Shown: in pieces, positions 15,866-24,000 of the stretch
Numbering within the stretch: position 1 is the stretch's first letter
How the letters are laid out: every line of letters begins with the position of its first letter
Source of the DNA: Dolichospermum sp. ST_sed8
Lineage (GTDB): Bacteria; Cyanobacteriota; Cyanobacteriia; Cyanobacteriales; Nostocaceae
DNA: 24,000 nt
Direction of reading: 5' to 3'
Assembly: GCA_028658405.1 (NCBI GenBank)
Contig: JAKOGY010000010.1
Span: 1,607 to 25,606, forward strand
Made by a program: the position numbers and the translations under genes
The notes under the pieces: generated by a model
Seen by the model: only the letters and a program-made list of their open reading frames with translations
The model's database searches: none
What the model was told of the DNA's origin: nothing

Positions 15866-15955
15866 TTATTCACGGGTTAGCAGTTCCAAATTATGACCAT
15901 TGGTGTCATAGAAGTAAAAACCTCGACCACCTTTTCTGTGATTAATTTCACAAGA
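15866..15955 (-). pseudogene. 3'-terminal remnant of a glyoxalase/VOC-family gene
   Basis: The minus-strand translation ...EINHRKGGRGFYFYDTNGHNLELLTRE* matches the conserved C-terminal strand pattern of VOC/glyoxalase proteins (G.r.fYf.DpdGh.lEL). There is no start codon, no upstream body, and it abuts the TnpB element right end. Confidence 0.5.
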
Positions 15956-15959
15956 TCTC

Positions 15960-16160
15960 GCGGTATGCGGGAAGCTCAGTCCCTTTAGGGATGGGTTACT
16001 AACCTTAATGTTGGTGCATAATGCTTTGACACTCCCCGCTCTAAAGAGACGGGGATTCTTAAGATTTTACAATCCTAATATCCTGCTCACACAGGTTCCC
16101 AGACTCAGTACGTTTGCACAAAAGTGCGTGCTGATATCTTCTGGGCGTTTAGCTGTTAAA
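15960..16160 (-). ncRNA. candidate TnpB omega/right-end RNA scaffold
   Basis: TnpB guide RNAs derive from the tnpB 3' end plus the right end. This ORF-poor 200 nt contains stems such as ccccgtctc/gagacgggg (about 16044..16074). It ends at the element boundary, so the guide would read into the flanking VOC remnant. Confidence 0.4.
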
Positions 16161-17520
16161 CAGCAAGTTTCGCGGAGTCCCCACGTACTATTTTGAAACC
16201 TCTATCTCTGATAGTTTTTGCAGCACCAATGTCAGCGTGTTCGTGATATCCGCATTCCGTACAAATGAATTTCTCACCATCACGGTTTGACTTATCAGTA
16301 TGCCCACAATTTCTGCATTCTTGACTGGAGTATTTAGGATTAATTTTAATTACAACTTTTCCTTGCTTCACAGCGAGATACTCAATTTTTAAAATCAAAT
16401 CACTCCAACTTGCATCAGAAATAGAACGGTTTAATCCTTTTTTTCTAGACTGGCCATTCTTTAAAAATCTCCCTGTTTTTTCATCGGTTTTAACTTTGCA
16501 ACGCCTCAACATACCGGAGATGTTTAAATCTTCTAAGGCAATAGCATCAACTTTTCTAGAAACTATTGTATTAGCAACACTCCATTGATAAGCGGTCCGT
16601 TTATCTGTAATCTTTTTGTGAAACCGTCCTACTTTATTAGCTGCTTTTTTACGATTTTTACTCCCCTTGACTTTACGATTAATCCGTCGCTGTCTGATTT
16701 TTAAAGTGCGTCTAGCTTTTTTATTGGTTGAGAATCTAGGATTATCAATTTGATGTCTGTCGGAGAAATGGACAAGTTTAGTTATTCCTAAGTCACAACC
16801 AAGAATAGAATTAACTTCGTTTAGAGGCTTCTTTATATAGTCTGGCATGGTTTTATCTTCAATTCTAATTGAGACATACCAGCCATCTTGACGCTTTCTC
16901 AACGTGGCAGCTTTGATAGTAAAACCTGATAGTATCAAACGAGAATTAAAAAACCGCATCCATCCCAACTTAGGAAGATAGATTTTATTCCCTTGAGCTT
17001 TTACGCCCATCTGGTAAGTAAAAGAGGTAAAATTACTACGGTTTTTAAACTTAGGAAAACCTCTCCCTTCAAAGAAATTTTTGTAGGCAATGTCAAGGCG
17101 TTTGACGTTTTGCTGTAGAACTGTAGAATCAATTTCAGCAAACCAAGGTCTAGCTTTTTTTAGATATGGTAATGACGTTATTTGAATATCACCAGCACTA
17201 CGCCGAGGGTTTTTGAGGTTGCCATTCTTGTCAGTTTTAGCATCTTTCCACGGCTCTCCACTTGCTCCATTTTTACTGACAAAACAAGTTAATGGACAAG
17301 CTTCTGCTTTAGTCCTAATATCGCAATAGTCACCTTGAATAAATTGCTGATTGTATTGAGCTATCCTGTCAGCTAAACTCCAATTGTAAGTAGACCGGAG
17401 CATATCTAGCCAACCGTCCATTTTATCGGACTGACTAATATTAGGACGTAGCTTATATACATAATTTGTTAGCAAATATAAGTCCCTCCCATTGTTGTTT
17501 CCTTTATTGTATGCTAACAT
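16156..17520 (-). CDS. tnpB: TnpB (IS200/IS605 accessory RNA-guided endonuclease, RuvC + zinc finger)
   Basis: YVYKLRPNISQSDKMDGWLDMLRSTYNWSL is a typical TnpB N-terminus. RuvC residues lie in GCDLGITKL, AIALEDLNISGM and HADIGAAKTIRDRG. The zinc finger is CRNCGH...CTECGYHEH. 454 aa with no frameshift seen. Confidence 0.9.
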   Translation of the reverse strand: MLAYNKGNNNGRDLYLLTNYVYKLRPNISQSDKMDGWLDMLRSTYNWSLADRIAQYNQQFIQGDYCDIRTKAEACPLTCFVSKNGASGEPWKDAKTDKNGNLKNPRRSAGDIQITSLPYLKKARPWFAEIDSTVLQQNVKRLDIAYKNFFEGRGFPKFKNRSNFTSFTYQMGVKAQGNKIYLPKLGWMRFFNSRLILSGFTIKAATLRKRQDGWYVSIRIEDKTMPDYIKKPLNEVNSILGCDLGITKLVHFSDRHQIDNPRFSTNKKARRTLKIRQRRINRKVKGSKNRKKAANKVGRFHKKITDKRTAYQWSVANTIVSRKVDAIALEDLNISGMLRRCKVKTDEKTGRFLKNGQSRKKGLNRSISDASWSDLILKIEYLAVKQGKVVIKINPKYSSQECRNCGHTDKSNRDGEKFICTECGYHEHADIGAAKTIRDRGFKIVRGDSAKLAV

Positions 17521-17780
17521 ATAAAAATACCTACCTTATGGACACCAAGCTATTTTGTGAGTACCGCTGGAAATATTTGCACAGAAACGGTTAAGAAATA
17601 TATTGAACAGCAACGCGATTAATGTCAATGCAGGATAAATCCTGCGACTAGCCTTCATCCCTTGTCTAAAGCACAGATGTAGCTTCCTAAATCAGCTACA
17701 TCTTCAAGGGTTTTCGGCATTTCTCTTATAATGCTATGAAAAAAATTAAAATAGAATAGTTCTATGATTCGGTTAAGCAG

Positions 17781-20684
17781 TTGACTCTTAATTCTTCGGT
17801 TATAAACAAGCCTATATTCATCCTTGTTGATGGACATTCTTTAGCTTTCCGTTCCTACTTCGCTTTTGCTAAAGGTAGAGATGGTGGACTTCGGACAAAA
17901 GCTGGTATTCCTACTAGTGTATGTTTTGGTTTTATTAAATGTTTGTTAGAAGTAATAGCCACACAACAGCCGCAAGCAGTAGCAGTGGCTTTTGATTTAG
18001 CTTCACCCACTTTCCGTCATGAAGCTGATGATACTTACAAAGCGGGACGTGCAGAAACACCAGAAGACTTTATTCCCGACATAGAAAACCTCTATGAGTT
18101 ATTGCAGAGCTTGAATTTACCTATACTCACTGCACCTGGTTATGAAGCAGATGACGTATTGGGAACATTAGCACAAAAAGCCGCAGCATCTGGGTATCAA
18201 GTAAAGATTCTTTCCGGGGATAGAGACTTATTTCAACTAATTGATGCTGATAAAGAAATTACAGTTTTAAATTTCACTCCAGAAGCATTAAAACGTTCTA
18301 CAAATAGTATTGTTGAATTTCAAGCAGAACAGGTAAAAGAAAAATTAGGAGTATTACCCACACAAGTTGTTGATTTTAAAGCCCTTTGTGGTGACAAATC
18401 AGATAATATTCCCGGAGTCAAAGGAATTGGTGAAAAAACAGCAGCACAACTATTAAATACTTATAATTCTCTGGATGAAATTTATGCAGATTTAGATAAT
18501 ATTAAAGGTGCAACCCAGCAAAAACTAATTACTGGTAAAGAAGATGCGGAAAAATCTCGCTATTTAGCTAAGATAGTTTGTGATGTTCCCCTAGAAATTG
18601 ATTTAGAAGATTGTCAATTAAAAGGTTTTGATAATAGCCTGTTGATTCCAATTTTAGAGAAATTAGAATTTAAAAGATTTTTAGATAAAATTAACGAAAT
18701 TCAGCAAAAATTTGGTGGAGAATTTGTCCCACCTCAAGTATCGGAAATCATCGAAGAAGCAAATGATGATTTATGGTTTTTTAGTGCAGAAGATACAGCA
18801 CAAGAAATAAAACAAAATGCTTTACCAATTCAACCGCGCATTATTAATACAGAAGCTAAATTAACGGAATTAGTAGAACTTTTAAGACAATTCACAAATT
18901 CAGAAAACCCAGTTAGTTGGGATACAGAAACTACTGCATTAGAACCCAGAGATGCCGATTTAGTAGGAATTGGTTGCTGTTGGGGAACAGAACCAGATGA
19001 ACTTGCTTATATTCCCATTGGTCATACAAACGGCAATAATTTAAATCGAGATTTAGTATTAGAAGCACTGCGGCCAATTTTGGAAAGTGCTGATTATCCT
19101 AAATGCTTACAAAATGCTAAATTTGATCGGTTAATTCTGCGGTGTCAAGGCATTACTTTAGCTGGAGTGGTATTTGATACCATGTTAGCCAGTTATTTGA
19201 TTAATCCAGATAGTAGTCATAATTTAACTGATTTATCTTTGCGATATTTGGGATTAAGTGCGAAAAGTTATGGAGATTTAGTTCCCAAAGGTAAAACTAT
19301 CGCTGATGTTAGTATTCCTGCTGTTGCTGATTATTGCGGAATGGATGTTTATGGCACATTTGCATTAGTAGCAAAACTAAAAGAGAAGTTAGCAGAAACG
19401 CCAACTTTATATAAACTGTTGAATGAAGTAGAACAACCATTAGAAGAAGTTTTAGCAGAACTTGAATATACAGGAGTTAGGATTAATTCAGCTTATCTCA
19501 AAGAACTTTCACAACAGTTAGAAACAGAATTAGCGAAGTTAGAAATAACAGCTACAGAAATTGCTGGAGAAAAATTTAATTTAAGTTCTCCTAAACAATT
19601 AAGTCAGATTCTCTTTGATAAATTAGGTTTAAGTACGAAATATTCTCGGAAGATTCAAACTGGTTATTCTACAGACGCAGCAACTTTAGAAAAACTCCAA
19701 GAAGTTGATAATACTGGATTTGTGGCAGCGATTATTGAAAATCGGACTTTATCAAAATTAAAATCTACCTATGTAGATGCTTTACCAGCTTTGGTACATC
19801 CTAAAAGTCAAAGATTACATACTGATTTTAATCAAGCTGCAACTTCTACTGGTAGGTTGTCTTCTTCTCATCCAAATTTACAAAATATTCCCATTCGGAC
19901 TGCTTTTAGCCGACAAATTAGAAAAGCGTTTTTACCGGAATCAGGTTGGTTAATGGTAGCTGCTGATTACTCACAAATTGAGTTGAGGATTTTGGCTCAT
20001 TTGAGTCAAGAACCAATTTTAATGAAAGCATACCAGCAAAATGAAGATATTCACACTGTTACAGCAAAATTAGTCTTTGAAAAAACAGAAGTAACGTCAG
20101 AAGAACGACGTTTTGCCAAGACGATTAACTTTGGTGTAATTTATGGAATGGGTTCTCTCAAGTTTGCACATTCAACAGGTATAGATAAAGCTAATGCTAA
20201 TGAATTTATTAAGCGATTTAATGAAAGATATCCCCAATTGTTTAAATATTTGGAGGATGTGAAAAAACAAGCTATTTCTCAAGGTTATGTAGAAACAATT
20301 TTGGGTAGACGACGCTATTTTGAGTTTACGAGTAATAGTTTACGTCAGTTAAAAGGTAGTAAATTAGAAGATATTAATTTGCAGAAATTAAAGAATTTAG
20401 GCGCTTATGATGCCGGGTTACTGCGTTCTGCTGCTAATGCACCAATTCAAGGTTCTAGTGCAGATATCATTAAAATAGCAATGGTACAATTGCATGAAGT
20501 TTTAAAGAAATATGAAGCGCGGTTACTGCTGCAAGTGCATGATGAATTAGTATTTGAAATTCCTCCTCAAGAGTGGGAAGAATTGCAACCACAAATTAAA
20601 TCTGTAATGGAAAATGCTGTTTCTTTATCTGTGCCTTTAGTTGTGGATATTCATGCGGGGGATAATTGGATGGAAACTAAGTAG
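17781..20684 (+). CDS. polA: DNA polymerase I
   Basis: The 5'-nuclease N-terminus is ILVDGHSLAFRSYFA. Pol motif A is DYSQIELRILAH. Motif B is RRFAKTINFGVIYGM. Motif C is LLQVHDELVFE. There is no in-frame ATG near the N-terminus, so the start is probably the TTG at 17781 (uncertain). Confidence 0.95.
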   Translation: MTLNSSVINKPIFILVDGHSLAFRSYFAFAKGRDGGLRTKAGIPTSVCFGFIKCLLEVIATQQPQAVAVAFDLASPTFRHEADDTYKAGRAETPEDFIPDIENLYELLQSLNLPILTAPGYEADDVLGTLAQKAAASGYQVKILSGDRDLFQLIDADKEITVLNFTPEALKRSTNSIVEFQAEQVKEKLGVLPTQVVDFKALCGDKSDNIPGVKGIGEKTAAQLLNTYNSLDEIYADLDNIKGATQQKLITGKEDAEKSRYLAKIVCDVPLEIDLEDCQLKGFDNSLLIPILEKLEFKRFLDKINEIQQKFGGEFVPPQVSEIIEEANDDLWFFSAEDTAQEIKQNALPIQPRIINTEAKLTELVELLRQFTNSENPVSWDTETTALEPRDADLVGIGCCWGTEPDELAYIPIGHTNGNNLNRDLVLEALRPILESADYPKCLQNAKFDRLILRCQGITLAGVVFDTMLASYLINPDSSHNLTDLSLRYLGLSAKSYGDLVPKGKTIADVSIPAVADYCGMDVYGTFALVAKLKEKLAETPTLYKLLNEVEQPLEEVLAELEYTGVRINSAYLKELSQQLETELAKLEITATEIAGEKFNLSSPKQLSQILFDKLGLSTKYSRKIQTGYSTDAATLEKLQEVDNTGFVAAIIENRTLSKLKSTYVDALPALVHPKSQRLHTDFNQAATSTGRLSSSHPNLQNIPIRTAFSRQIRKAFLPESGWLMVAADYSQIELRILAHLSQEPILMKAYQQNEDIHTVTAKLVFEKTEVTSEERRFAKTINFGVIYGMGSLKFAHSTGIDKANANEFIKRFNERYPQLFKYLEDVKKQAISQGYVETILGRRRYFEFTSNSLRQLKGSKLEDINLQKLKNLGAYDAGLLRSAANAPIQGSSADIIKIAMVQLHEVLKKYEARLLLQVHDELVFEIPPQEWEELQPQIKSVMENAVSLSVPLVVDIHAGDNWMETK

Positions 20685-20693
20685 ACGCGCTTT

Positions 20694-20714
20694 GGTGGGC
20701 AATGCCCACCCTAC
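20694..20714. repeat. palindromic GGTGGGCA-A-TGCCCACC(CTAC) repeat / terminator-like hairpin between convergent polA and the RNase T2 gene
   Basis: An 8-bp perfect inverted repeat lies at 20694..20710, 10 nt after the polA stop. Read on the minus strand it begins GTAGG, like the other palindromic repeats in the window. Confidence 0.5.
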
Positions 20715-20742
20715 AATATTTCGTGAAAGAAATTAGATTAAA

Positions 20743-21411
20743 TTACTTCACATTTCTCACTAAAAAATCTGCTTGTCCACAACTTTTGCGAGAACGTTTC
20801 AAAATCTCTTCGCTACAAATACCAGCTTTCCCATCCTTAGCATAGCAAAAAAATACTTCTTTTAAGAATCTACCAGAATCAGAACAATAAGGTGCTATGC
20901 CATTAGCGGTAAATTCACTATTAGCACTGATAAATGTATTTTTTAAACCTTGAATTGTCGTCCGAAAAGGTTTGGGAGGACGATTATATGCCGCAGGAAT
21001 AGCCACAGAATCTTTTAACTTTTTACTTAATGCTAGATATCCTTGAGGAGTTGTTCCCGCACAAGTTCCATGTTTTTGCCATTCATGATTATAAAGCTTA
21101 TCACTGGGATACAAACCTGGAAATTTCTGCTTTAATGCTGGAGTTAATTTCTCCGTTGAACAACTAGCAGGATAGCCTTTTTGATATTGTGGCCATAAAC
21201 CATGTAAAACAAAACCCAGTTTTTTACCTGAATTACATTGCTGTTGGTCACGCTGACCATTTTTCGCGCAATAGTCAGGAGACCAGGAAAGGGTAAGAAC
21301 GTAAAAATCAAATTTACCTGGAGTTCCGCGATTTTGAGCAATTGCACTATTAGATATAGCTAGGCTAGTTATGAATAAAGAAGATGCAATTAAAAGTGTT
21401 TTTCTCTGCAT
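20743..21411 (-). CDS. secreted ribonuclease T2 family protein
   Basis: CAS I is FVLHGLWPQ and CAS II is HEWQKHGTC. FDFYVLTLSWSPDYC is also present. The predicted signal peptide is MQRKTLLIASSLFITSLAISNSAIAQ. The start is trimmed to the ATG at 21409..21411. Confidence 0.85.
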   Translation of the reverse strand: MQRKTLLIASSLFITSLAISNSAIAQNRGTPGKFDFYVLTLSWSPDYCAKNGQRDQQQCNSGKKLGFVLHGLWPQYQKGYPASCSTEKLTPALKQKFPGLYPSDKLYNHEWQKHGTCAGTTPQGYLALSKKLKDSVAIPAAYNRPPKPFRTTIQGLKNTFISANSEFTANGIAPYCSDSGRFLKEVFFCYAKDGKAGICSEEILKRSRKSCGQADFLVRNVK

Positions 21412-21611
21412 ATTTAAGCCTGGCAAAAATATAAATACAGAATTTTATCACTATTTTTTTGTATTAGTGCGTTTTGTTACAAAAATATTACTGTGGGGAA
21501 TACCTCACCTATTTGAGTACATACACACCAAAAAATAATTTGCAAGTTTTGTTAACAATCTGTTATATTTATTTACATAAGGTTACAAAAAGTAAAAAAC
21601 GAGGTTCTCGA

Positions 21612-21839
21612 ATGGCTATTTTAATTTCTCTATTAGTTGTTGGTTGGGTAGCAGTTGCCGTTATCGGTTCTCTAGCTTACTTCATGGGTGAACAAAGTAA
21701 GCCCATTCACGAACGCAATTGGGCTTCTGAGAATTTTGAAACTTTAGCTAAATCTATTACTGGCGTAGATATGGACTATGCTCAACGCATACCCGCCTAC
21801 GCTGTAGATGCTTACAATAGCCGTAATATATCCAGATAG
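21612..21839 (+). CDS. small single-pass membrane protein (75 aa), function unknown
   Basis: The internal ATG at 21612 is preceded by GAGG 8 nt upstream. The N-terminal hydrophobic helix is MAILISLLVVGWVAVAVIGSLAYFM. The track's upstream 46 codons look like AT-rich non-coding sequence. Confidence 0.5.
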   Translation: MAILISLLVVGWVAVAVIGSLAYFMGEQSKPIHERNWASENFETLAKSITGVDMDYAQRIPAYAVDAYNSRNISR

Positions 21840-21875
21840 TATTGATTAGCAATTTGACAAGATGTGCATAAAAAT

Positions 21876-21910
21876 AACCCCCAGTCACAATTCTGGGGGT
21901 TTTGCTTTTT
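21876..21910. terminator. bidirectional rho-independent terminator
   Basis: A 9-bp GC-rich stem aacccccag/ctgggggtt has an 8-nt loop. It is followed by ttgcttttt on the plus strand and by tatttttat on the minus strand. It sits between the convergent small membrane protein gene and the GH57 gene. Confidence 0.7.
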
Positions 21911-21935
21911 CTGAATTTTTAACTCTGTTCCCTAT

Positions 21936-23528
21936 TTAAAATGCTGGACGATAAACACGATAGTTAATATTGGGGAAAATATTATCCATTGATTCGACTT
22001 TTTCCAACCAACCACTATCAACTTTACCAACTTTGACATCTTCATACAGTTTATTAAACCGCATTAAGTGGGATCTGGTTCTTCTCACCGCATAGGGAAC
22101 CATTGTTCCTGTCCGCATAATAAACGCCCAGTCAGAAGATTGTGCTAATAACAATTCTCTCGCAGCTTGGTTGAGTGCTTTTTCCTGTAATTCATCTTCA
22201 GCTTCGATTTGAGAAATTTCAATCATTCGTTCCGCAGCTTTGTGCAAATGTGGGTAAACCCAAGCATTAGTATCATTCAACCAATATTCATGGAAACCCT
22301 TAAAGCCCCAACTCGATTGAGCCGGACGACATACTTGCTGATTAGGATTATCCCGTAAATAATCAGCTAAATGGGTCATTTCATAAGTTTTTTGGTCATA
22401 CCATGATTTGCGGAACAGATAATCAATGAACCAAGGACCCTCATACCACCAATGACCAAATAATTCTGCATCATAAGGGGAAACAATAATTGGTGGACGA
22501 CCCATTATATCGTGTAAATGCCCAGCTTGTTGCTCACGATTATACATGAAGTTAGCAGCGTGTTCTGCGGCTTTTTCCCTTGCCCAATAAGGATCATACA
22601 GGGCTTTATCAGCAAGACCTAAGCCCCGCCCAGTAATTTTATGATACTTAATACCTGTATTTTTTCGCTGCCCATTAGGCATAATATAGGGCTTAATATA
22701 TTCATATTCAGCTTCCCAACCCAAATCTTTATAAAATTCCCGATATTCTGCTGCACCAGGATAACCTACCTCAGAAGACCATACTTGTTGGGAAGATTCA
22801 TGATCTCGACCAAAAGCCGCTACACCGGGTTCTGTAAAAATCGGGGCATAGCTACCAAAGCGAGGACGGGGACGGGCGTATAAAATACCATGACCATCGG
22901 TGAGGAAATAACGTAGTCCAGCATCCGCCAGCATTCGCTCTACACCTTCATAATAGGCACATTCTGGCAACCAAATTCCTCTGGGGGCTTGACCAAAGGT
23001 TTCTTCGTAATGTTCACAAGCTACCTGAATTTGCGCCCACACAGCTTGGGGATACATTTTCATTAATGGTAGGTAGCCGTGAGTAGCACCACAGGTAATA
23101 ATTTCTAAGTTATTACTATCTTGGAATTGTTTAAATGCTGTAACTAAATCACCTTTATAACGTTCCCATAATTCCCGCGCTTCATTAAACTCAGTTGCAT
23201 AGTGTTCTGCTAAATAACGAACATGACCATTATGAACATTTCGCTCGGCTTCTAGTTCTATAAGCTCTTCCAGTTGTGATAAATGAGCATCATAGCGTTC
23301 TTGCAGCAGCGGGTCGCGGAGCATGGACACCAACGGCGGAGTCATACTCATTGTTAGTTTAAAATCAATGCCGTCTCGCTTTAAGCCTTCAAATACTTTT
23401 AATAAAGGAATGTAAGTTTCTGTAATTGCTTCATACAGCCATTCTTCTTCCAGCACATAGTCACTTCCAGGGTGACGAACGAAGGGCAGGTGTGCGTGAA
23501 GTACAAGCGCGACGTAGCCTAGAGCCAT
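21936..23528 (-). CDS. glycoside hydrolase family 57 protein (1,4-alpha-glucan branching enzyme type)
   Basis: The N-terminus YVALVLHAHLPFVRHP is present, along with WLPECAY, AELFGHWWYEGP and a C-terminal helical DUF1957-like region. Its 530 aa is the length I recall for cyanobacterial GH57 branching enzymes. Confidence 0.8.
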   Translation of the reverse strand: MALGYVALVLHAHLPFVRHPGSDYVLEEEWLYEAITETYIPLLKVFEGLKRDGIDFKLTMSMTPPLVSMLRDPLLQERYDAHLSQLEELIELEAERNVHNGHVRYLAEHYATEFNEARELWERYKGDLVTAFKQFQDSNNLEIITCGATHGYLPLMKMYPQAVWAQIQVACEHYEETFGQAPRGIWLPECAYYEGVERMLADAGLRYFLTDGHGILYARPRPRFGSYAPIFTEPGVAAFGRDHESSQQVWSSEVGYPGAAEYREFYKDLGWEAEYEYIKPYIMPNGQRKNTGIKYHKITGRGLGLADKALYDPYWAREKAAEHAANFMYNREQQAGHLHDIMGRPPIIVSPYDAELFGHWWYEGPWFIDYLFRKSWYDQKTYEMTHLADYLRDNPNQQVCRPAQSSWGFKGFHEYWLNDTNAWVYPHLHKAAERMIEISQIEAEDELQEKALNQAARELLLAQSSDWAFIMRTGTMVPYAVRRTRSHLMRFNKLYEDVKVGKVDSGWLEKVESMDNIFPNINYRVYRPAF

Positions 23529-24000
23529 AATATTTCTCTGTGTGGTATTTGGAGATTACAGACAAAAAAGTCTGTGTGGGGAAATTAAGAATATTTTAAG
23601 ATGATATTGGGTTTGTGAAAGAAGTTTTATCAAAACAACCAATCTAGGGGTAGATAGTTGTCATGACTAAGTGCAAAGTAACTTATTTGACATTTCTTCG
23701 CTCATTTTCACTAATATATCTTTTTTTCGCTTATTCCTACTACCATAATAGATTTTTTTTGACAAGTATTTAAATCACTAAATCTATTCAAATAATTTTA
23801 GGCAAAAAGACTTTGTATTAATTTAACTAATACATAAACTTTATATAAACAATCAGCGATACTAATGTGTTAATCTTTGTAAAGAACTTTCATAAAATTT
23901 CATTATTTACTCACAAACTACTAGCCAAGATGAGAAAACTTAATTTTTTGTTACTTTTTTGATTAAGGTTAAGAGTAAATCTGCTATCCAGCTAACTGGT

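Larger units (their letters stand above)
15957..17660 (-). mobile_element. IS200/IS605-family non-autonomous element carrying tnpB only; boundaries approximate
   Basis: tnpB is present without tnpA. The right-end region has a tccc-ttta-ggga hairpin motif (about 15975..15990). A left-end-side hairpin is gcagga-taaa-tcctgc (17630..17645). Confidence 0.6.

Noticed and set aside
16008-16196. 62-aa plus-strand ORF
   Set aside because: It lies in the TnpB 3'/right-end RNA scaffold region on the opposite strand. Peptides such as LTLPALKRRGFLRFY are typical read-through of that structured repeat.
17655-17837. 60-aa minus-strand ORF overlapping the polA start
   Set aside because: It spans the hairpin region and the polA N-terminus in antisense and shows no motif. 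I also checked whether it could be the missing 5' part of the VOC gene, and it does not resemble one.
21144-21347. 67-aa ORF in another minus-strand frame inside the RNase T2 gene
   Set aside because: It is fully nested in a motif-supported CDS (CAS I/CAS II), so it is an alternative-frame artefact.
21474-21611. Upstream 46 codons of the track ORF 21474..21839
   Set aside because: This is an AT-rich, Tyr/Leu/Lys-rich stretch without an RBS. The internal ATG at 21612 has a GAGG RBS and starts exactly at the transmembrane helix.
22641-22883. 80-aa plus-strand ORF antisense to the GH57 gene
   Set aside because: It is nested antisense in a strongly supported CDS.
23529-24000. AT-rich 470-bp region upstream of the GH57 gene, including a TTGACA at about 23760
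   Set aside because: It has no ORF and no convincing paired -35/-10 or structured element. It is probably an ordinary promoter and intergenic region.

Overview
Low-GC window with HIP1 octamers (GCGATCGC near 6437, 7421 and 11431) and GTAGG...CCTAC palindromic repeats, so most likely a chromosome of a filamentous (Nostocales-type) cyanobacterium; this attribution is from memory of these repeat types. Core genes are pheA, a DUF1997 gene, polA, a secreted RNase T2, a small membrane protein and a GH57 glucan-branching enzyme. They are interleaved with two accessory patches. Patch 1 (1..9854) is entirely on the minus strand. It runs hicB-hicA, a truncated BrnA-like ORF, an RHH antitoxin plus MazF/PemK toxin, then a three-gene cluster, then a TcmP-like gene that leaves the window. 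The cluster encodes an 852-aa dynamin-family GTPase, an 1138-aa Hsp70/actin-fold ATPase with extra N- and C-terminal domains, and a 376-aa unknown protein. This GTPase + Hsp70-like ATPase + partner trio is my main candidate for an uncharacterised system, possibly defence or membrane-stress related. Patch 2 (11788..17660) holds a Uma2-family endonuclease, an IscB-type element whose HNH domain appears internally deleted plus a candidate omega-RNA, an orphan type I hsdM whose stop codon lies inside a decamer repeat, a glyoxalase/VOC gene remnant, and a non-autonomous TnpB element. The IscB and TnpB elements share a roughly 35-nt right-end motif. I found no rRNA, tRNA or CRISPR array. All family assignments rest on motif recognition by eye; no database search was possible.
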